Shown here: positions 56,218 through 64,000 of the stretch, one piece after another
How positions within the stretch are numbered: position 1 is the stretch's first letter
Layout of the letters: every line of letters begins with the position of its first letter
Assembly (NCBI GenBank): GCA_030647655.1
Contig: JAUSJH010000006.1
Coordinates: 3,737-67,736, forward strand
Length of the DNA stretch: 64,000 bases
Reading direction: 5' to 3'
Source of the DNA: a bacterium
GTDB taxonomy: Bacteria > Patescibacteriota > Minisyncoccia > Phycocordibacterales > UBA2100
Position numbers and translations under genes: made by a program
The notes under the pieces: model-generated
What the model saw: the letters and a program-made list of their open reading frames with translations, nothing else
Databases searched by the model: none
What the model was told of the DNA's origin: nothing

Positions 56218-57759
56218 TTATGGAAACGGGTGTGGCCATGGATTGAAAATCTCTGCCGGTCTGTGGCCAAGTCGCACTGGAACATCGTGCAAGCGTGGCG
56301 CATCGAGTGTTGCTCGGTTCTCGTTCAAATAGAGGTGCATCAGCCTAGGAACGATGGTCTTCACCACGTGATAGCCAAGGGTTTTTAACACTTTATGATT
56401 AGCTTCATAACAGTACACCTCGTACCCATCACCGAGCTCCCTGAGTTTCCTAAGTATATACGCAATCTGGGCAGATGGAGTGTTGTGCCACGTGGCATCT
56501 CCCATGAATCCTTCAAAGCTCTGACGTGTTCCGGAAATGAAGAATTTGAAGCGCTTATACATTTCGGTGCCTTTCCATAAACAAAGCCGCTGATCCCTGC
56601 CTATAGTTGGATCGGTAAAGGGAATGTAGCTCTCCGGCAAAACATATCTCTCGGACGATGCGACCATGTTATATACTGCCAACGCCTCTCCTGCACTTTG
56701 GAACACCAGTTCTTTGAACGAAAACCCGGCGCTCCCACCGACGGCAATAATGGGTTCTCCGCCTCTGTGGTCTACGAGCACACATGCACATGATGGTACC
56801 CCGATATCCGTCGTGGTGTTGAGAAAGTAGTATTCCAACTCGTATCGGCGGAGATATTTGAGAAACTGTTTGATTTCTTTGTCCACTATCGTTGAGGGAT
56901 CGATTATTTTGGGAGACAAGGAATTCAACCAATAGATTAGGAAGCCGTCTCGCTGGATATTTTCCAAAAGGGATGAAAGAATTGCTTCTTCTCTCGTAAA
57001 GTGCCCCGCGCCGCCATTTGTCGTGGGCTGTGCCAAGGCCATCTCTCCATCTAGAAACTTGTAATTCCAATAGGCAAGCTGGGCCGGCATGAACACTTCA
57101 ATATCAGCCAAGAGTTCTCTGCCACGAACCCACATAACAGAGCGGTCATCTGTGCGTACGAAGACAGGAAACATTTCTTTCTGCCATGGAAGAAAGTTGT
57201 TGAGCTTGAATATGTTGAGAGCCGTCTTTTTTCTCTGGATTATTCCCACGTAGCTTGCACAATACAAATCCGCACGCCGATATATGGTGAGAAAATAACG
57301 TTCAAGAATCTCGCCGATTGCGCGCGACAACGACTCCTCGGGCGAGGATGTGCTACCAAATCCATGACGACCAACCGAGCGCCCGTCCGTGTCCGATGCA
57401 TCACTGCGTGGTGAAAGTCGTACCGAGAATGTTTTCGGCATATCCGTGCGAGAAGGAATGAATGAGAAGTGCTTTGAATCCGTGACGCCGTGCGAGTGGA
57501 GATAATTCAAAAGGATACGCCAGTTGAGCGGGACCCCTTCGGTGGGTACGAGTGCGTCTCTTCCCAAAAAATCAAGACGGTCCAAGAGCCCCGCCATCTT
57601 GAAATCCACGAGCTCATCCCATGAAAGAGACGATCTGAAACGCGAGCAAGGCTTAAGCGCTTCCTCAATTAATTTCTTTCTCTGTCTCAAAACATTTAGG
57701 GGAAACGGAGAAAATGTGGAGAGGGTTTGTTTTTGTTCTTTGGCATTTGGTGCTGGCAT
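56218..57759 (-). CDS. YcaO cyclodehydratase (azoline-forming type)
   Basis: Motifs GFG...RAIGEILERY, TTNGGAGH..REEA...LLENIQRDG, TTDIGVP; C-terminal PWPHPFP. Confidence 0.92.
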   Translation of the reverse strand: MPAPNAKEQKQTLSTFSPFPLNVLRQRKKLIEEALKPCSRFRSSLSWDELVDFKMAGLLDRLDFLGRDALVPTEGVPLNWRILLNYLHSHGVTDSKHFSFIPSRTDMPKTFSVRLSPRSDASDTDGRSVGRHGFGSTSSPEESLSRAIGEILERYFLTIYRRADLYCASYVGIIQRKKTALNIFKLNNFLPWQKEMFPVFVRTDDRSVMWVRGRELLADIEVFMPAQLAYWNYKFLDGEMALAQPTTNGGAGHFTREEAILSSLLENIQRDGFLIYWLNSLSPKIIDPSTIVDKEIKQFLKYLRRYELEYYFLNTTTDIGVPSCACVLVDHRGGEPIIAVGGSAGFSFKELVFQSAGEALAVYNMVASSERYVLPESYIPFTDPTIGRDQRLCLWKGTEMYKRFKFFISGTRQSFEGFMGDATWHNTPSAQIAYILRKLRELGDGYEVYCYEANHKVLKTLGYHVVKTIVPRLMHLYLNENRATLDAPRLHDVPVRLGHRPAEIFNPWPHPFP

Positions 57760-57806
57760 ACCACAACGGTAGTATATCAATCAAATTCAAATAAATACAC
57801 TCAAAA

Positions 57807-57835
57807 TAAGCGCCCCGACAAAAGCGGGGCGCTTA
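57807..57835 (-). terminator. Intrinsic terminator
   Basis: TAAGCGCCCCG / CGGGGCGCTTA stem. Confidence 0.7.
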
Positions 57836-57850
57836 AAGGTCACTCCAGAC

Positions 57851-58189
57851 TCAGCAACGGAGAGGGTCGTTGTTGAGATAGATTCGGCCACCACTCCGGC
57901 TCATATTGAACGTTTTCGTCTTGCCGGTATCGAAGCGGACAGTAAGGCTACCGTCCCCGAAGGTGTAGGATCCCTTCTGGAGCTTTCTGCTCCTTTGACC
58001 GTACCAGGAATAACTTCCGCCGGAGCTGAAGGTTATCCTGGTTCCGTACTGGTTATGGCAGACCTTTCCACGGAGCGCCGAACTGAGCTGTGCGGCACTA
58101 ATGGAATCCGCCGAGGCCGTGCTCATTGCCGCTAAAGACACGGGCAGGGAAATTGCCGTTGCGAGAACGGCGAGCAACACTTTCCTCAT
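57851..58189 (-). CDS. Small secreted beta-rich hypothetical protein
   Basis: Signal peptide; AGGAGG Shine-Dalgarno; TTGACC-17-TATGCT promoter upstream. Confidence 0.7.
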   Translation of the reverse strand: MRKVLLAVLATAISLPVSLAAMSTASADSISAAQLSSALRGKVCHNQYGTRITFSSGGSYSWYGQRSRKLQKGSYTFGDGSLTVRFDTGKTKTFNMSRSGGRIYLNNDPLRC

Positions 58190-58351
58190 AGGTCCTCCTT
58201 GGCTGCGGGGTTGTGCGGACATGTCCGCATCGCAGCTCCAGATGTAGCATACGTTTTCTCTACATTCAGGTCAATGTGCACGATTTGCGCACGATTTGTT
58301 TAAAAAATCGCTGTGACGTACCTCTAATCTTATCGAATGGAGTTAGATAAA

Positions 58352-58408
58352 TCAAAGCATCTTCACGTCGATGGAGGCACCGGAGGGGAGGTCGATGTTG
58401 GTAAGGGC
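58352..58408 (-). repeat. Displaced rpsJ 3' end, copy 3
   Basis: 57 bp encoding ALTNIDLPSGASIDVKML*. Confidence 0.9.
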
Positions 58409-58426
58409 TCACATTTTATGTGAGCC

Positions 58427-58747
58427 CTAAAAACACTCACGTACTTCAGCCAATACTTCCGCGAGTTTGCGTGCGGTAAGTGCATCAGCAGTTTGCTTAA
58501 TAAGCGTCTTATCAGCGCTGAAAATATTTTGCAGGCTAATATACGATGCCTTGCGTAGCCGTTTCCTCCGCATATCGGCGTTGGTGATAGTTATTGAAAA
58601 AGGCTGCTTCCTGCCATATATGCCAGCAAGAAGAACATTCGCGTGCCGATTGTATCGCGCGCCAGAGAGAACGACAGCGGGTCGCTGTTTCTTTTCTGCC
58701 ATGTTTGAAAAAGGAAATTCGAGTATGACGATATCGCCCTGTCTCAT
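58427..58747 (-). CDS. MazF/PemK endoribonuclease toxin
   Basis: MRQGDIV..FPFSN...KQRPAVVLS...YN. Confidence 0.9.
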   Translation of the reverse strand: MRQGDIVILEFPFSNMAEKKQRPAVVLSGARYNRHANVLLAGIYGRKQPFSITITNADMRRKRLRKASYISLQNIFSADKTLIKQTADALTARKLAEVLAEVRECF

Positions 58748-58998
58748 ACGATCGAGACGTTGAACAGATCGTCATTCACCTCATCGAGCCAGTCCCGCAT
58801 CGTATGCTCGACGATCGACAAATGATCATTTTTGTCCCCACGCGCGCTCTTTGCACGAAGCGGTCTGATAACAACCTCCTCATCTCCGCGCTCCTCGAAC
58901 AATACTGCCCGCGCACCTACAAACGCTTTACTGTCTCGTATTATTTTGGGAAGCGTGATTTGCCCTGCCCGCGTGATTTTGCTTATTGTTGTCAACAT
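58744..58998 (-). CDS. AbrB/MazE-type antitoxin
   Basis: KITRAGQITLPK.IR; acidic C-terminus; overlaps the toxin start. Confidence 0.88.
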   Translation of the reverse strand: MLTTISKITRAGQITLPKIIRDSKAFVGARAVLFEERGDEEVVIRPLRAKSARGDKNDHLSIVEHTMRDWLDEVNDDLFNVSIV

Positions 58999-59059
58999 AT
59001 CAGCCAGAATACCAGAGAATAGGAAACTAGCAATATAGTAATCCTGGGGTCAGGGGTGT

Positions 59060-59116
59060 CTACATCATCTTGACGTCGATGGAGACTCCGGATGGGAGGT
59101 CGATATTGGTGAGGGC
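59060..59116 (-). repeat. Displaced rpsJ 3' end, copy 2
   Basis: 57 bp encoding ALTNIDLPSGVSIDVKMM*; 6 differences from the live gene, all synonymous. Confidence 0.92.
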
Positions 59117-59118
59117 TT

Positions 59119-59148
59119 TCCGCTCGAGGCGGATCCGCATTTGGCGGA
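59119..59148. repeat. Degenerate 30-nt double palindrome next to the rpsJ copy-2 junction
   Basis: TCCGCT cga GGCGGA TCCGCA ttt GGCGGA. Confidence 0.7.
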
Positions 59149-59243
59149 CGATGACCCCAGCACCAAACTTAAGTTGGTACGGGGCATGCTTTCGGGGCCC
59201 TTCTCTTCGTATCCATGTGTTGCTGGTGCTTAGTAACCGCCCG

Positions 59244-59495
59244 TCACTTTTTGTAATGATTCGTCACAGCCAAAACTTCAGCTTCACCTTCCTGGGTTAT
59301 GAAAAATAATGCGCGATACTTCCGGTCAATACGAAACGAGTAAATGCCGCGCCAGTGAGGCTCGAGGAGCTCGGTTCTGAGAGAGGGATAACGGATATTT
59401 ATCTCGAACAACTTTGCGGCCTTTCCCCATTTCGCGACAAGTCGCCGTTCGTGTAAGTATTCGCGGACATCATTGCGCAATGGGAGGATATTCAT
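59244..59495 (-). CDS. RelE/YoeB/HigB-superfamily toxin
   Basis: N..YPSL.TE.L...GIYSFRIDRKYRALF...VTNHY. Confidence 0.82.
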   Translation of the reverse strand: MNILPLRNDVREYLHERRLVAKWGKAAKLFEINIRYPSLRTELLEPHWRGIYSFRIDRKYRALFFITQEGEAEVLAVTNHYKK

Positions 59496-59704
59496 GCCTT
59501 ACCGTATGAAGACCGACGCAACCCTTTCTCAAGATCAGCAAGAAACTCCTTGGAATATAACTTTGTTTTGGCAAAATCTTCGATGACAATACCCACGTCA
59601 TCGTGTACCACAACCTCAAAGAGCCGCCCGGCAAGTTGCCGGTATGCTTTTGACTGACGCTTTAGAGCCTGGTATTCGTCTTTGGGGATCGTTATTTTGT
59701 TCAT
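59492..59704 (-). CDS. Putative antitoxin
   Basis: 70 aa, ITIPKDEY..LK; overlaps the toxin start; extended -10 TGTTATACT upstream. Confidence 0.65.
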   Translation of the reverse strand: MNKITIPKDEYQALKRQSKAYRQLAGRLFEVVVHDDVGIVIEDFAKTKLYSKEFLADLEKGLRRSSYGKA

Positions 59705-59760
59705 ACGGTCGGAGTATAACACAGACGTTTCGGGTGCAAAGGAAGGATTTCCGGCCGGAT

Positions 59761-60198
59761 TTACATCATTTTGACGTCGATTGAGACTCCGGAGGGAAGG
59801 TCGATGTTGGTGAGGGCTTCGATGACCTTCGGTGCGGGGTTCAAGATGTCTATCATGCGTTTGTGAATGCGCATTTCGAATTGCTCGCGTGAGTCTTTGT
59901 CGATGAATGCGGCGCGATTGACCGTGTATTTCTTGATATCAATAGGGAGCGGCACGGGGCCGATGACCTCGGCATTGTGCCGCGCGGCGACGTCGATTAT
60001 TTGCTTAACTGATTTATCCAAAACACCGTGCTCGTATGCGCGCACGCGAATGCGCAAGCGGCTCGGGCCAGCGACGGCTTTTGCTGGCTTGGCAGGCTTG
60101 GAAACACGATGTATAGGAGCAGGAGAAGCGGCGGCGGGTGTAACCACCTTTCTGGCACGCGGTTTGCGTGCCTTTTTCGCGACGGCTTCTGCTGTCAT
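59761..60198 (-). CDS. rpsJ: 30S ribosomal protein S10 with Lys/Ala/Pro-rich N-terminal extension
   Basis: Motifs LRIRVRAYEH, GPVPLP, SREQFEMRIHKR, DLPSGV. Confidence 0.98.
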   Translation of the reverse strand: MTAEAVAKKARKPRARKVVTPAAASPAPIHRVSKPAKPAKAVAGPSRLRIRVRAYEHGVLDKSVKQIIDVAARHNAEVIGPVPLPIDIKKYTVNRAAFIDKDSREQFEMRIHKRMIDILNPAPKVIEALTNIDLPSGVSIDVKMM

Positions 60199-60370
60199 AG
60201 AACCCGCAGAGTATGCACTATCCCCTCAAAAAGCGCAACATCTTGTATGACCGCAGGTAGTTTTGCACTCCGCTGATAATTTCTCGTACTGTAACAGATA
60301 CTGCACCGGAGACAATTTGTTCCTGAAGGCATGATGGACGCGCTTGGTGTTGTAAAAGAGGAGCCAGTCC

Positions 60371-60607
60371 ATGAGCTTCTCATTGAAGCGAGGGAGGTCG
60401 GCAGGAAAAGGTACCTGGTACCGTTTTTCTAAGGCAATAGCAAAAGGGCTCGATAATGAGATCGCCGCCTTGCGCGCGAGCGCCGACGCCTATGAAAATG
60501 AAGAAGAATTTGAAAGGGTCGTGGCGGCAAGGGCTCAACTTGGCTACGCCGATCGAGTCTACGAACAACGCAGGCGAGACGCTCGCCGAGGTCCCCTCGC
60601 TCGTTAA
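60371..60607 (+). CDS. Small hypothetical helical protein
   Basis: GAGGAG Shine-Dalgarno; stop directly followed by a terminator. Confidence 0.45.
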   Translation: MSFSLKRGRSAGKGTWYRFSKAIAKGLDNEIAALRASADAYENEEEFERVVAARAQLGYADRVYEQRRRDARRGPLAR

Positions 60608-60663
60608 AAGAAAACCCCGCCTTATTCAGTAGAATGACCTACTGGGTTGGGCGGGGTTTTCTT
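60608..60663. terminator. Bidirectional terminator
   Basis: AAGAAAACCCCGCC ... GGCGGGGTTTTCTT. Confidence 0.75.
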
Positions 60664-60691
60664 ATTGCTGGCTTCCCTGTCTTAGAAGACG

Positions 60692-60724
60692 TTAGGCAAC
60701 CACTTTTGTTACAACTCCTGCACC
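60692..60724 (-). repeat. Displaced, recoded tuf 3' end
   Basis: 33 bp encoding [10 protein letters not shown]; 6 synonymous differences from the live tuf end. Confidence 0.85.
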
Positions 60725-60801
60725 TCAGGATGTTATCTGTGGTAATCCGCAGATAACTTCACTGATGCCGCATTCGCAGAGCGAATGCGGCTAGGTCGAG
60801 G

Positions 60802-62001
60802 TTAAGCCACCACTTTAGTGACAACCCCAGCACCAACAGTTTTGCCGCCCTCGCGGATAGCAAAACGCATCTGGTCTTCAATCGCAATCGGAGAGACGAG
60901 CTTCACCTTGAATGTGACGGTGTCGCCCGGCATTACCATTTCCACGCCCTCCTTCAGCGTCACCTCGCCGGTAACGTCGGTGGTGCGGACGTAGAATTGC
61001 GGCTTATATCCAGTGAAGAACGGTGTGTGACGACCGCCTTCTTCCTTGGTTAGAATATAGACTTCCGACTCGAATTCCGTGTGCGGCTTCACAGAGCCCG
61101 GCTTGCAGAGTACCTGCCCGCGGTGCACATCTTCTTTCTTCGTACCGCGCAGAAGGACTCCTGCGTTGTCGCCGGCTAGTCCTTCCTGAAGCGATTTGTT
61201 GAACATTTCGATACCGGTCACGATGGTCTTCGCTGTGTCCTTGATACCGACGATTTCAATCTCTTCACCCACCTTTATCTGTCCGCGCTCGATGCGGCCC
61301 GTAACGACAGTGCCGCGGCCTTCGATGGAGAACACGTCTTCGATAGGCATGAGAAACGGCTTGTCGAGTTCGCGCACCGGTTGCGGGATGTACTCATCGA
61401 GCGCTTTGACGAGCTCCATCACTTTGTCGCTCCACTCGTTGCCCGGTGCCGGATTTTCCAGCGCTTTGAGACCAGAGCCGCGAATGATTGGGGTATTCTT
61501 GCCGTCGAAGCCCTGCTTCTCGAGCAACTCGCGGACTTCCTCTTCGACGAGATCGATGAGGTCTTTGTCGTCCACTTGGTCAACTTTGTTGAGGAATACG
61601 ATGACCTTCGGCACACCGACCTGGCGAGCGAGCAAGATGTGCTCGCGCGTCTGGGGCATGACGCCGTCGCTTGCGGCAACGACGAGGATAGCGCCGTCCA
61701 TCTGAGCGGCGCCGGTAATCATGTTCTTGATGTAGTCGGCGTGTCCGGGGGCGTCCACGTGCGCGTAGTGACGCTTCGGCGTCTCGTACTCGGAGTGCGA
61801 GAGCGAGATGGTGATACCGCGTGCCTTCTCTTCCGGCGCCTTGTCGATGTCGTCCACTCCTTTCACGGTCGCGGTGTAGCCGTTGCCTGCTTTTGCAAGC
61901 ACGTTCAAAATCGCCGCGGTAAGCGTTGTCTTGCCATGGTCGACGTGACCGATCGTGCCGACGTTGATGTGCGGCTTGTTTCGATTAAATTCTGCTACCA
62001 T
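60802..62001 (-). CDS. tuf: Elongation factor Tu
   Basis: Motifs [36 protein letters not shown]. Confidence 0.99.
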   Translation of the reverse strand: MVAEFNRNKPHINVGTIGHVDHGKTTLTAAILNVLAKAGNGYTATVKGVDDIDKAPEEKARGITISLSHSEYETPKRHYAHVDAPGHADYIKNMITGAAQMDGAILVVAASDGVMPQTREHILLARQVGVPKVIVFLNKVDQVDDKDLIDLVEEEVRELLEKQGFDGKNTPIIRGSGLKALENPAPGNEWSDKVMELVKALDEYIPQPVRELDKPFLMPIEDVFSIEGRGTVVTGRIERGQIKVGEEIEIVGIKDTAKTIVTGIEMFNKSLQEGLAGDNAGVLLRGTKKEDVHRGQVLCKPGSVKPHTEFESEVYILTKEEGGRHTPFFTGYKPQFYVRTTDVTGEVTLKEGVEMVMPGDTVTFKVKLVSPIAIEDQMRFAIREGGKTVGAGVVTKVVA

Positions 62002-62325
62002 ATGTGATTTTGCGAAATCATGCCGCGCAGTCCGATTCTGCAGAATCGTGTCGCGTACTGTCCTTTAAAACGCGACTCCCCCGCGGCCTTCTTTCAATTG
62101 TTAAAGCTACTAAATAATTATTCGCCAACGCGAGTGAGGCAGTGCCTCGGTGCTCCGGTATTCTTTGTCTTCCTCTCAACCGTTTTTAGCAGCTCGCTAG
62201 GCCGCACGACTGAAATTCAAAGCAAAACAATACGCACGGAGCGTGCGTAGCGCTATAGTAGCAGAAGCCGCGGGGGCGTCAAGTTCCTGTACGAGTCTTT
62301 TTTCTGGTTTGAGGTAGCGGTCTAT

Positions 62326-64000
62326 CTAGTTGTTTGTGACCGTCACGCTCGCGCTTGTCTGTGAAGAGCCGCCACTGTTGGATACTTTGAATCTCGGCGT
62401 GTACGTGCCGACAGAGGCGTAGGAGTGTGTGAATGTTGCCGTTGAGCGTAGATCTGCTGCGGCGGCGTCTGCGGCGGCTGTCGATGGCTCATCCCCCCAC
62501 ACGACCGAGTAACTCAAGTTCCCGCCGCTTGGAGAGGTCGCATGCACAGTCCACGTGCCGCTCTGCCCTATGAGGAGCGAGGTCGGAGCGGTGAGACCAG
62601 TGATGGAAGGGGCGCCGACAGTGCCGCTTACTGTAATTGTCTGGGTGCCGAGCGTTCGTATACTTGCAGGAGGACCGAGACAGCCAGGATCCGCATTCGG
62701 GCCGCATCCACCGGGGTCACTCTCTATAAGTTTTGCCGTGTAGGTGCCGGCGGAGGTGTAGGTGTGAGATTTCACATATGTGCACTGCATTGGGAAAGAT
62801 TCTGCACACGCTCCCGAACCCGCGGCGATTGATGATGTCGCGCCATCACCGAAGTTGAGCTGGTACCTTCCGGGGTCAGTCCCGTCGTCCCGTACGGTAA
62901 ACGAAACCGCGAGTGGTGCCGAGCCGGATTTCGGCGAAGCACTGAAGAGCCCGTCATTTTTGCAACACGGCGGTGTGATAGTACTACCTCCAACAATGAC
63001 GTTTATGCTCGCCTTCGCCGAGCCCTTGCTGTTGGACACTGTAAATCTCGGTTTGTAGGTGCCGGCAGAGTAGTAGGTGTGGGTGAAGGTCGCCGATGAC
63101 TGGATTGATCGTGATGGAGCGTCCGCGTATCCGCGTATCTGGTCAATAGCCTCTTCGTCTCCCCAGATGACCGAGTAACTCAAGGAGCCGCCGGAGCCGG
63201 CAGTCGCGTTTACTCTCCACGTGCCGCTTTTGCCTGTCGCGAGTGTTGTGGGCCCACTGATTTTAGAGATGGAGGGAGCACCACTGCCCACGGCTTTGCC
63301 GACTCTGATAACGGCACTACCGAGATTTTTTATACTTGCAGGCGGGCCAAGACAACCTTGCGCTGTAGCTGTTGGGCCACATCCGCCGGGATTTCTCTGC
63401 GTAAGTTTCGCCGTGTAGGTGCCGTTGGCATCGTAGGTGTGCGAGACAGTAAAGCCACCGGAGCCGGTGCATCCCCCTCCACCAGAAGAATCTACAGGGC
63501 ATCCTAGCGAGATTGATTGCATCCGGCCGCTCTCGCCGTCTCCGAAGTCAACAACCAACGTGTCTCCGGCGCTTGGAGTAACGGTCGTGCTGAAGGTTAC
63601 CCTAAGTGGTGCCGTGCCGGATTTTGGCGAGGCCACGAGTTTCGACTTTGGATTTGGATTTCCGCACTGCGCGGCAATAACAGCGCGTGTGAGCGGGCCG
63701 ACCTTGCCAAGGCCGGCCGCAGAACCGGCGCTGTTTGGAGAAACGACGTCATTTTCCACTTGCAAATCCTCCACAGCCGCTTCCGTCACTGCACCGAAGA
63801 AGCCCGTGGCTTCGGGAATATCCAGATTACCGCTTTGGATGAGGAAATTCTGGAGCTTGGTCACCTCGGCGCCTGTCGAACCTCGTTGAAGCGAGCGCAG
63901 AATGGGAAGACATGGTTTTATCGGTGGCGGGGGTGAGGGAGGTCTTGTGCCGGTGGGACACGCAGCAAATGTGCATTTTGGTCCGGAGCGCCCGACGGAA
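62326..64000 (-). CDS. Secreted PG-binding plus tandem PKD-domain protein (5' end outside window)
   Basis: Frame stays open upstream of the track start (SVGRSGPKCTFAACP...RSLQRGSTGAEVTKLQNFL); duplicated PKD units (FGDG, WGDE, HTY..GTY). Confidence 0.8.
   Translation of the reverse strand, partial: SVGRSGPKCTFAACPTGTRPPSPPPPIKPCLPILRSLQRGSTGAEVTKLQNFLIQSGNLDIPEATGFFGAVTEAAVEDLQVENDVVSPNSAGSAAGLGKVGPLTRAVIAAQCGNPNPKSKLVASPKSGTAPLRVTFSTTVTPSAGDTLVVDFGDGESGRMQSISLGCPVDSSGGGGCTGSGGFTVSHTYDANGTYTAKLTQRNPGGCGPTATAQGCLGPPASIKNLGSAVIRVGKAVGSGAPSISKISGPTTLATGKSGTWRVNATAGSGGSLSYSVIWGDEEAIDQIRGYADAPSRSIQSSATFTHTYYSAGTYKPRFTVSNSKGSAKASINVIVGGSTITPPCCKNDGLFSASPKSGSAPLAVSFTVRDDGTDPGRYQLNFGDGATSSIAAGSGACAESFPMQCTYVKSHTYTSAGTYTAKLIESDPGGCGPNADPGCLGPPASIRTLGTQTITVSGTVGAPSITGLTAPTSLLIGQSGTWTVHATSPSGGNLSYSVVWGDEPSTAAADAAAADLRSTATFTHSYASVGTYTPRFKVSNSGGSSQTSASVTVTNN

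Noticed and set aside
58352-60834. rpsJ and tuf duplicates as diversity-generating retroelement TR/VR pairs
   Set aside because: Mismatches are mostly synonymous third-position changes of all base types, not adenine-specific; no reverse transcriptase in the window.
62002-62250. ncRNA or riboswitch in the long tuf leader
   Set aside because: Several short stems but no recognisable family; needs a covariance search.

Overview
Chromosomal segment of a Candidate Phyla Radiation (Patescibacteria) bacterium, most likely Parcubacteria/Paceibacteria. This assignment is inferred from the lack of rpmD in the spc operon, the peptidoglycan-binding surface-protein family and the patchy metabolism. Genetic code 11. 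The window holds tuf, rpsJ, most of the S10-spc cluster (rplC to secY, gmk, adk, map), infC-rpmI-rplT, ftsH, smpB, tmRNA and a tRNA-Ile(UAU). A ~15 kb accessory island separates rpsJ from rplC. Four observations stand out. (1) A YcaO/SagB azole-RiPP-like locus has a signal/TM-tethered, microcin-B17-like Gly-Ser/Cys precursor and a phosphoribosyltransferase-beta-propeller fusion. (2) Two ~700-bp toxin-antitoxin cassettes are stacked at one exact site in rpsJ, each bounded by a mostly synonymously recoded 57-bp rpsJ 3' end; a similar recoded 3' duplicate follows tuf. (3) A structure-conserved 62-64 nt double-hairpin element sits at the end of a GIY-YIG nuclease gene and abuts tmRNA; two more copies lie in-frame (22 aa) in unrelated proteins. 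(4) A 30-nt double palindrome adds SAxGG-type peptides to ThrC, S17 and S3. Also seen: a candidate structured ncRNA, an unannotated metallothionein-like ORF, and widespread signs of leaderless transcription. All calls come from reading the sequence; no database searches were run.
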